Below are positions 1 to 7,207 of a DNA stretch of 64,000 nucleotides, in pieces; the first letter of the stretch is position 1, and every line of letters starts with the position of its first letter. This stretch comes from Pyrobaculum sp. GTDB taxonomy: Archaea; Thermoproteota; Thermoprotei; Thermoproteales; Thermoproteaceae. The stretch is taken from NCBI GenBank assembly GCA_046293555.1, contig JBKBOT010000002.1:15765-79764 (forward strand), written 5' to 3'. The notes under the pieces are model-generated. The model ran no database searches. It saw only the letters and a list, made by a program, of their open reading frames with translations, and was not told where the DNA came from. Made by a program: the position numbers and the translations under genes.

Positions 1-1181
1 TCAGTAAAGCCGCCTTGCGGCACGGGGTTCCATGCAGTAGATGCAGTCCAGATCCAGAGGTGGCCTACAGTCACAACATCCTTACCTGGTATATACCAGT
101 TACGCATATTTACTGGCGAAGCCCGCAACCCGGCACCAAGGTCGACAGTTACTCCCTGCAGTTTTGGAGATGCCACAAAGGCGTTTAGGTTGGTATTTAC
201 ATACACCCTAATAGACTCCTGTGTACACATCATGGTAGCTTTTCTATACAGCTCGACATATTCGTCAAACGACTTGAACTGGCCTTTGTATAACTTTTCT
301 GTAATTTCGTCTATCGTGGCGTTTTGGTAATTATACCAGCCTTCAGTGCCCCACCCCGGCATGTAGCCAAACCACGAGCTACAAAATTGAGCTACAGAGC
401 CGGTGTCCCATCTGTCTAGCGCCCCCTTACCCCAGCCTTCTGTGTAGAAATGCCACTGGAATTGTGCTGGGTCTGTGCCGTATACTGTCTGTATCGCCAC
501 GTCGAAGGTGACATATCTTCTATCTACCGTAAAGCCTAGCTGTTCTAGCGCCGAGGCAAAGGCGTCGCCGATATCTTTACGTTCGTCCTCAATACGGATT
601 AGGCCTATTATTGTCACCGGCTTGCCCTGACAGTACCACCTGCCGTCTGCCCCCTTCGTGGCGCCTAGTTTAGGCATCTCGGCGTCAACAATAGACTTGG
701 CGTAGTCGAGGTCGTAGCGGAAGCCAAATTGAGAAATTAGGTCAGCCACAACGCTGTAGGTGGGGTCGTAATTAGTGAGCCAGATGTACATCGGCACCGC
801 AAACCCTTTAAAGATCTCATTAGCCACATACTCCCTGTTAATTACATACTGCATAGCCTGCCTAATGGCGCGGCTGGAAAACGGGTTGGCACAAGCCGGC
901 GAGGCGGGGGCAGGGTTGAGAATCATGTCGTTAAAGCCTGCGGCCGCCGTATATAACGCCACAGAGGGGTCACCCTTCAAAGCTACGGCCAAAGCAGCCC
1001 TCATGCCAAATATATATACATCTATATCCCCTGCCTTCACTGCAGCGCCGGCTTGGGCAATAGGTATAGACTTACCTACTATCCTATCTACGGCGGGACC
1101 TGGGCTTGTATGTGGAGGGACGTATTGTGCCATCATGAATACAGCTAATACCAACACCGTCAATATAATTTTCGAGTTCAT
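1..1181 (-). CDS. ABC transporter substrate-binding protein (peptide/oligosaccharide family 5), runs off the window edge
   Basis: Not in the ORF track. Manual translation from ATG at 1181 gives MNSKIILTVLVLAVFMMAQYVPPHTSPGPAVDRIVGK..., with a signal peptide and NPFSSRAIRQAMQYVINREY, typical of family-5 SBPs. ATGA overlap with the upstream gene. Confidence 0.8.
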   Translation of the reverse strand, partial: MNSKIILTVLVLAVFMMAQYVPPHTSPGPAVDRIVGKSIPIAQAGAAVKAGDIDVYIFGMRAALAVALKGDPSVALYTAAAGFNDMILNPAPASPACANPFSSRAIRQAMQYVINREYVANEIFKGFAVPMYIWLTNYDPTYSVVADLISQFGFRYDLDYAKSIVDAEMPKLGATKGADGRWYCQGKPVTIIGLIRIEDERKDIGDAFASALEQLGFTVDRRYVTFDVAIQTVYGTDPAQFQWHFYTEGWGKGALDRWDTGSVAQFCSSWFGYMPGWGTEGWYNYQNATIDEITEKLYKGQFKSFDEYVELYRKATMMCTQESIRVYVNTNLNAFVASPKLQGVTVDLGAGLRASPVNMRNWYIPGKDVVTVGHLWIWTASTAWNPVPQGGFT

Positions 1182-1459
1182 GTGTCAGTGGTGTTACCTC
1201 TTTTTAAATTTTGTTCTACTTTTATATTTATAAAGAGTATTAGACCTACAAATAAGGCCAAAGCGCCTATAATAAGCAAAAAGAGGGAAGACAGCACTAA
1301 GACAGGATCTAGACATCTTACATATCCACACTGCGCTTGAGAGTAGGCTTGTTGAAGAGAGAGGGCGAGAGATATGGCTAAAAGGAAAAAACCGGCTATT
1401 AACAACGCCTTTGCCTTATTTACGTCTCGCCGCGACAACTGCACCAACAAGACCCGCAA
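1178..1459 (-). CDS. small membrane protein with two hydrophobic helices; true start possibly TTG near 1405
   Basis: Two TM-like segments flanking a CGYVRC loop; lies between co-oriented genes. Confidence 0.55.
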   Translation of the reverse strand: MRVLLVQLSRRDVNKAKALLIAGFFLLAISLALSLQQAYSQAQCGYVRCLDPVLVLSSLFLLIIGALALFVGLILFINIKVEQNLKRGNTTDT

Positions 1460-2570
1460 TTACGCCAATAGCCAACACCACGTAGCTTACCGGATCTACC
1501 ACAGGCTGAATTACCTTCTGTGTAAATGTATTTGTCGTAGTGACTGTTAGAGTCTCTATTTTCGTCTCGGTGACAGACACTGTTAAGGTATCTGTTTTCG
1601 TCACCGTGACGGGTATTATTTTCCCCACAGTTGTTGTGGTGATAGCCAGCGGGAAGTTGCCCCAGCTGGGAGATACTGGAGACAATACGGCAGGCGACTG
1701 TGGGCTAAATGCAGCCAGTTGGCCACTAGGGCCAAGCACATCTAGCACTCTCGGTATAGTTCCAGCCAATATGGAGGAGGCGTTGGCAGTACCTACGCCC
1801 ACTCTAAGCCCTCCTGCAGTTTCCGCAAAGTCGGCAATTTTCCCTGGACCTTTGCTGTCATATGGAGTAACTAAGACGTAGTATTTCCATGTCGGCTGTG
1901 GGAAGTCACTCATAAGCCGCGTGGTTGGCGGCATGGCTTTTCTTGGCACTACAGCCACAACAGTGTTTTTATCGACATACACGCGCGTTAGTGGCGTTAC
2001 GGTAATTGTGCCATCGGCCACATTTGCCACTGCAATGTAGTTAACCGTCTCGTTGCCCCGCTTGGGCCCCAGGAATATTGCCACGTCCCAAGGGGCGTCG
2101 CTAGATAGTTTAACAGCCGGCGTATATTTAAGTTGTGTAAGATTTGCGGGGTCTGGACAGAAAAAGCCCGAGGCCTCGTCTATAAACGCGTTTCCAGTTG
2201 CCACACCACGCTCGCCCGGCCCCAATATCGTACAGGTGACAGTACCCCAGGGGTTGCCTGGAAAACCTCTGTGTATATAGACCTGGATATACTGCATAGA
2301 GAACCCGGTCTCAGATCCTCCGGGGTTGCCGCCAATATCCGCAAAAGAGATCTTGACTAGAAACACGTCCGCAGATGCGTTGTAGGCTATCTCAAAACCT
2401 GTGATGTCAAAAACCGTGCCGTTTTTAAACATTGGGTCTCTCGGCGGTATGTACCAGCCAGGCCCCTTGAAGTCGCCCGTGGGGTCTGTTGCCTTTTGGA
2501 CTGTAAATACACCCTGTGCATAAATTAAGACACTTAACATAATTGCCAAGAGTATATATTTGGACTTCAT
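1416..2570 (-). CDS. membrane-anchored glucodextranase/pullulanase C-terminal DOMON-like carbohydrate-binding protein
   Basis: Signal peptide; DPTGDFKGPGWYIPP and NPGG..GFSMQYIQVYI motifs; Thr-rich linker; C-terminal TM followed by ARRK. Confidence 0.7.
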   Translation of the reverse strand: MKSKYILLAIMLSVLIYAQGVFTVQKATDPTGDFKGPGWYIPPRDPMFKNGTVFDITGFEIAYNASADVFLVKISFADIGGNPGGSETGFSMQYIQVYIHRGFPGNPWGTVTCTILGPGERGVATGNAFIDEASGFFCPDPANLTQLKYTPAVKLSSDAPWDVAIFLGPKRGNETVNYIAVANVADGTITVTPLTRVYVDKNTVVAVVPRKAMPPTTRLMSDFPQPTWKYYVLVTPYDSKGPGKIADFAETAGGLRVGVGTANASSILAGTIPRVLDVLGPSGQLAAFSPQSPAVLSPVSPSWGNFPLAITTTTVGKIIPVTVTKTDTLTVSVTETKIETLTVTTTNTFTQKVIQPVVDPVSYVVLAIGVIAGLVGAVVAARRK

Positions 2571-2627
2571 AGTAAAAAGAAATAAGGCTATATTTATACA
2601 TTACTCTTTTAGTTAAGACAAGTTTGC

Positions 2628-2702
2628 TGGTGGACCGGCCGGGATTCGAACCCGGGATCACCCGCACGCCAAGCGGGCATCCTTCCGCTAGACTACCGGC
2701 CC
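2628..2702 (-). tRNA. tRNA-Ala(GGC), CCA encoded, no intron
   Basis: GGGCCGGTAGTCTAGCGGAAGGATGCCCGCTTGGCGTGCGGGTGATCCCGGGTTCGAATCCCGGCCGGTCCACCA; G3:U70 Ala identity pair; anticodon loop TTGGCGT. Confidence 0.97.
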
Positions 2703-2732
2703 TACGCATCTATGTCTGTGGGTTTTTAAGCT

Positions 2733-3035
2733 TTATACTGCGCCTAAAAGCTCGGCAAAGATGTAAAGAAGCGCCGCCCCAATGAGCATCCCCCTGCCGT
2801 TGTACTTACTTATGCCGGAAAAATACAGGACTGCTCCTATCATCGCCAAGATTATTGACAAAGTTTTGGCGATTGAGCTAATGTGGAGTTTTACAATATC
2901 TCTCACATGTGTCAAAAAGCGGTCTAGCGAGGAAAACACGTCGGCTATCATTTGTTCTATTTTCTGAAGGGGGTTTGTGGAGTTTGTAGCCGCCAGGGCT
3001 ATTGCCGCCAGCATTAGTAAGACCGCTATCTTCAC
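2733..3035 (-). CDS. small secreted/membrane protein with VirB2/TrbC pilin-like architecture
   Basis: Signal peptide, amphipathic helix, two TM helices separated by SKYNGRG. Confidence 0.5.
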   Translation of the reverse strand: MKIAVLLMLAAIALAATNSTNPLQKIEQMIADVFSSLDRFLTHVRDIVKLHISSIAKTLSIILAMIGAVLYFSGISKYNGRGMLIGAALLYIFAELLGAV

Positions 3036-3052
3036 ATATCTATAAAGAAAAT

Positions 3053-3955
3053 TTAAGCAACTTCTACCTCTCTATCCCCCAGAGGTAACTTAAGTCTTAT
3101 CTTCTTCCCGTGGGGGCTCTTGGGGTGTTTCCCCTCCTCCTCATAGGCCACCGTCCCATCGTCGTTAACATATTCGTTAAACCTAGCTGTAACCATGGCG
3201 TGTCTAAACAGCCTACTCCCAATCTGCACCAAGTCCTTTGTCTTTCCTCTACATATATGCACAGGAACGTCTTTAACCATCTCCGCAATTTTTCTGGCGG
3301 TGTTTAAACTCCCGGGGACATTTAGGCCCTCTGTCTTATAGCCCACGGCCCTTAGCCTCTCTATGTTAGACTCAGAGATGTCTAGCTCGTTGATGTTGAT
3401 AAAAGTTATGTATGGCTTCAAGGCGTTTATGGCTTCTACAATCTGTCTCTCAAATCCCGGCAAGGCGGGCACCTCCACGCCTATAGACTTCCCGCTGGCC
3501 GCAAGAGCCTTTAGGTATTTCTCTCTCCCCACTATCTGTCCTTTAGAAATTACGTGGATTCTCACCTCGTCCACTCTGCCAACTGCCAGAACTCCCACCC
3601 GCCTGTTGTTTAAGTTAAGTATGTGTGTATACATGTGGATGTGGAAACTCTCGCCGAACTCTTTTTTCAAAATTTCCGCCACGGCGTTTACTCTCTCTGG
3701 GACCACAGCTGGGTCTCCTCCAGTAATTGCCGCGCCGTCTGTGGCAAACTGGGCCACTACTTTAGGTATGTCCTCTATCCTGTCTATAGACACGTCGTTT
3801 ACATATATGACATCTTTTCCAAATCTGTCACTACCCACAGGGCAGTAGAAACAATTTAGCGGACAGAAGCCGGTGATGAAAATCACAGACTTTGCCCCCA
3901 TTAGACACATATCACAGCCAGCGGCTATGGGGCCTTTCGTCTCGTTGTAATACAC
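3053..3955 (-). CDS. radical SAM protein (COG2108-like)
   Basis: CPLNCFYC (CxxxCxxC), N-terminal GCDMC, ITGGDP. Confidence 0.85.
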   Translation of the reverse strand: MYYNETKGPIAAGCDMCLMGAKSVIFITGFCPLNCFYCPVGSDRFGKDVIYVNDVSIDRIEDIPKVVAQFATDGAAITGGDPAVVPERVNAVAEILKKEFGESFHIHMYTHILNLNNRRVGVLAVGRVDEVRIHVISKGQIVGREKYLKALAASGKSIGVEVPALPGFERQIVEAINALKPYITFININELDISESNIERLRAVGYKTEGLNVPGSLNTARKIAEMVKDVPVHICRGKTKDLVQIGSRLFRHAMVTARFNEYVNDDGTVAYEEEGKHPKSPHGKKIRLKLPLGDREVEVA

Positions 3956-3999
3956 GTAGAAAGGGCAGAACTTTATTTATATTTCTTCATATTACTATC

Positions 4000-4566
4000 A
4001 TGGCAGAAGAGGAGAAGACGGTAGAGAGAGCCCACCTGGAGGAGCGAGGGGGGAGGCGCATCCTTGTGATTAGGTGGAATACAGGCAAGACTTCTGCAGG
4101 GAGGCTATTCGGTAGATATGGCGCTAAGGGGAGGCCGGACTTCTTTAGGCTCCTATTTGGCGCCGTGGCCGGCTCTTTGAGAGAAGAGCTAGGGCCCCAG
4201 GGGGAGGAGATATTTATTAGGATAAGAGACTCGGAAGGGTTTAGACGGAGTACAAGTGAGATATTTGAAAAAATTAAAGAGTGGTTTTTTAGCCAGATTG
4301 TGCCCAAATATGGACTTGACAAGGGAGATATCTTCATGTTAATTACAGAAATAGAGCTAGATACAGCCACGGGGGAGGTCAAGTGGAGAAACGATAAGAC
4401 TGAGTTTTACTACTGGATAAGAAGCGATAGATGTCAGCCGGCGGCTGTGGTAGAAGATTGCAAAGAGCTGGCAGAAGAAAACGCCAGATTAAGACAGGAG
4501 GTAGAACACCTACGTAGAGAGTTGGCACAGATAAAAGAGAAGCTAGCCAGCCTACTTAAGGCCTAA
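4000..4566 (+). CDS. ThermoDBP, Thermoproteales-specific single-stranded DNA-binding protein
   Basis: IRWNTGKTSAGRLFGRYG..GRPDFF.LLFGAVAGSLRE motif, recognised from Thermoproteus Ttx1576; C-terminal leucine zipper; ATG at 4000 after TTTATTTATA. Confidence 0.9.
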   Translation: MAEEEKTVERAHLEERGGRRILVIRWNTGKTSAGRLFGRYGAKGRPDFFRLLFGAVAGSLREELGPQGEEIFIRIRDSEGFRRSTSEIFEKIKEWFFSQIVPKYGLDKGDIFMLITEIELDTATGEVKWRNDKTEFYYWIRSDRCQPAAVVEDCKELAEENARLRQEVEHLRRELAQIKEKLASLLKA

Positions 4567-5744
4567 CTTGCGCCCAGCGCCTGCCCCATCCTACGTATGC
4601 CCTCCTCTATCCTCGCGGCAGTTTCTGTGACAAAAGAAATCCTCACCGCCGCCCTGTACCTCTCGCTGAAATAGCTGCCTGGCACTACCGCCACTCCGTG
4701 TTTCTCTATAAGCTCTCTGGCAAAACTTTCACCATCTTGGATATATCTAGACAGGTCTACAAATATAAACATAGAGCCAGACGGGGGGATGAAGCGGGCT
4801 TCTGGTATGTATCTTCTCAACGCAGCTATGGCCACCTCTCTTTTCTGTCTATATATTTCCACCACCTCTCTGATGTATTGCAACCTGCCTTCAGACTGTA
4901 GATATATGACAGCCATCCGCTGTGCAAAAGAGGGGGGGCAATACACCATCTCCTCGTTTACAAGTTTTATCTTGGGGATAGCCTCGGGAGGTCCGTAGAC
5001 ATATCCAAGCCTCCACCCGGGGATGGCTGGGTCTTTAGAAAAGGTGTTTATCGAGATGGTGTGGCTGGGGGCCAACTTGTAGAGGTAGACATGCCTCCCC
5101 TCGTATATCAACGTCCTATATGCCTCGTCTGTAAGTATCCAGAAGTTGTAGTCTTGGGCTAGTTCTGCCACGGCTTTTGCCACCTCTTCTTCTAGGGTTC
5201 TGCCGGTGGGGTTGTCTGGAGTTACTAAAATCACCGCCTTGGTTTTTCTACTTATAGCCATCTTGAGTGCCTCTAGATCTGGCTGATAGCTGTCTTCAAG
5301 TCTCGTATAAAGCGGTTTTATCACAGCGCCGAAGTATTCAAGAAGGGGCCTATACCCAAAGTATGTGGGGTCCGTGACAATCACCTCGTCTCCAGGCTCT
5401 AATATCGTGGCCAGTGTGGAAAACATCGCCGCCTGCCCCCCGGCGGTTAGGACTATTTGTTCTGGAGGCACCTCAATCCCCCCCAGCCTCTTTAAGTCTT
5501 CTGAAACTGCGGCTCTGGCCTCATATATGCCTTGTGATGGCGTATAGCCATAAAGCTCCATGGAGTCTATTTTTAACAACTCGCCAAGCGCCTCTCTCAC
5601 CTCTCTGGGAGGTGGGATACTGGGCTGACCTGTAGACAGCAGTATCACGTCTTTATTCTCTCTTCTCAGCCTCTCTCGTAACTCATCTATCTTACGTGTG
5701 GGAGATTCCCTAAAGGCCAGAGTTCTTGAAGAAAGTTGCGGCAT
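4563..5744 (-). CDS. PLP-dependent aminotransferase class I/II (aspartate aminotransferase-like)
   Basis: PDNPTG, TDEAY and TFSKDPAIPGWRLGY motifs. Confidence 0.9.
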   Translation of the reverse strand: MPQLSSRTLAFRESPTRKIDELRERLRRENKDVILLSTGQPSIPPPREVREALGELLKIDSMELYGYTPSQGIYEARAAVSEDLKRLGGIEVPPEQIVLTAGGQAAMFSTLATILEPGDEVIVTDPTYFGYRPLLEYFGAVIKPLYTRLEDSYQPDLEALKMAISRKTKAVILVTPDNPTGRTLEEEVAKAVAELAQDYNFWILTDEAYRTLIYEGRHVYLYKLAPSHTISINTFSKDPAIPGWRLGYVYGPPEAIPKIKLVNEEMVYCPPSFAQRMAVIYLQSEGRLQYIREVVEIYRQKREVAIAALRRYIPEARFIPPSGSMFIFVDLSRYIQDGESFARELIEKHGVAVVPGSYFSERYRAAVRISFVTETAARIEEGIRRMGQALGAS

Positions 5745-5831
5745 TAACCTATTTCAAAACCAGCTCTATATATATGTTTACGTGTACTTTTTTTGTTAAG
5801 AGGCTATATAACTATGGGGGTGCGTAAAGCC

Positions 5832-5972
5832 ATGGAAGAGATAATCATCCCAATTTCTAGAGAAGAGCTAGAAAAATTGTCTCAAATCTGTGAAAAATAC
5901 GGTCTTGACAACATTAATGACTGTATTAATATGGCACTGGCACAGATTATATACATCTATAAGGGGTCATAA
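5832..5972 (+). CDS. 46-aa small protein, ribbon-helix-helix (CopG)-like
   Basis: MEEIIIPISREELEKLSQICEKYGLDNINDCINMALAQIIYIYKGS; upstream CTATATAA box and GGGGTG SD-like site; fills the intergenic gap. Confidence 0.6.
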   Translation: MEEIIIPISREELEKLSQICEKYGLDNINDCINMALAQIIYIYKGS

Positions 5973-6713
5973 AATCTCTCTTAGATGTAAGTAGTGGACC
6001 TTTCCAATATTTGAAAACAAAAGCTTTATACTATCTAGATATTGCCTATTTATTTTTGACAGATGGTGTGCAATACGGAGCTTAATTGGATATCTTCTAA
6101 ACAAGCCACATATCTCGGAGGCATCTAGGCCTTTTGGAAACTCTACATACAGCACCCAGTCAGATTTAAAAAAAGTCCCATAAAAACCCCCAACTTCCAC
6201 AGGCCTTAAGTAAGACCCTCGAGGGGCCTCAGCCAAGAGCTCTCCGGCTACTTTTATCTCTCCTAACGCCTTCGAGAGGTTTATAAAAAGCTCTCGTAGC
6301 TCTTTCTCAGGTATTCTAGGGCCATATCTCACGGCTTTAGGCTCTTTAGAAACTCCCACCACATCTCCCCCGTTTACATACGGCGTGAGGGGGCCATCCA
6401 CCACCACAAGTCCCCTGAAGCTCTCTGCGAAATGTATCTCATTTATCCGCGCATCATGGTGGGGATCTTCAAGAACTTTCTGTATTATAAACCGCCTCTT
6501 TACCTCGTCGCCAATAGCTACAATAGATTGAATCAAGATATCCACCTCTCCCACTCTCTGTACCACATAGCCCGAATCTACCGCCGTATATTTAGGAGTT
6601 ATGTCGTTATTACAGCTAGCCACAAGTTTTTTCAGCTCGTCGGAAATCTCCCTCTTTGGGGCAGAAAGCTCAAGTTCTACAAACTTCAAAATTTCGGAAA
6701 GCAGTTGACGCAT
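5967..6713 (-). CDS. NurA-family nuclease (compact paralog)
   Basis: AVDSG, RINE, VVDGP, GVSK and YPIKLRIAHHLSKI match the order of NurA motifs. Confidence 0.75.
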   Translation of the reverse strand: MRQLLSEILKFVELELSAPKREISDELKKLVASCNNDITPKYTAVDSGYVVQRVGEVDILIQSIVAIGDEVKRRFIIQKVLEDPHHDARINEIHFAESFRGLVVVDGPLTPYVNGGDVVGVSKEPKAVRYGPRIPEKELRELFINLSKALGEIKVAGELLAEAPRGSYLRPVEVGGFYGTFFKSDWVLYVEFPKGLDASEICGLFRRYPIKLRIAHHLSKINRQYLDSIKLLFSNIGKVHYLHLREIL

Positions 6714-7207
6714 TAATAGACCTCCTCTATAATTTTGTCAAATAGTTTACGTAGAGACTCTTTAGACATATCTTTTACCACATCTGCAAGATATGGAGGT
6801 AGGGCAGAAACCTCCCCAGATAGGTATCTATATAGTAACGATAGAGTTTGTGAATGTCCATATTTACGTCTCTCTGTAATAATTATCTCTTTTAGTTTTT
6901 TAAAAGTGTTATCATCTTTTTTAAAGATCTCCAAAAACTCTTTTTCTAGGTGTTTTTCATATAGCGTAAGTGGTATGGCTCTAATTACCACCTTGTCTCC
7001 CACAACTGCGGCCACAGGCCTTTTGGTGTACTTCCCAATGCCTATGGGAATGCCGCTATCTATAGGCGCGATGGCCACTAGAGATCTTAACTCCCTGCCG
7101 CTTAGTATAATCACGTCATAAAACTGTGGCGGGCCTCTGGCGTCTATTATCACGTCGCCAACAGGCATCTCGCCGTCTTTTCGCACAATGGCTATCTTAG
7201 GCGACAT
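6713..7207 (-). CDS. hypothetical protein resembling the HerA HAS-barrel/ATPase linker, without a P-loop
   Basis: PPQFYDVIILSGRELRSL...SGIPIGIGKYTKRPV; overlaps both neighbouring genes. Confidence 0.6.
   Translation of the reverse strand: MSPKIAIVRKDGEMPVGDVIIDARGPPQFYDVIILSGRELRSLVAIAPIDSGIPIGIGKYTKRPVAAVVGDKVVIRAIPLTLYEKHLEKEFLEIFKKDDNTFKKLKEIIITERRKYGHSQTLSLLYRYLSGEVSALPPYLADVVKDMSKESLRKLFDKIIEEVY

Noticed and set aside
775-1233. 152-aa + strand ORF
   Set aside because: Antisense shadow of the minus-strand ABC solute-binding gene, which the ORF track missed because it runs off the edge
2425-2709. 94-aa ORF spanning the tRNA region
   Set aside because: Reads through tRNA-Ala; spurious
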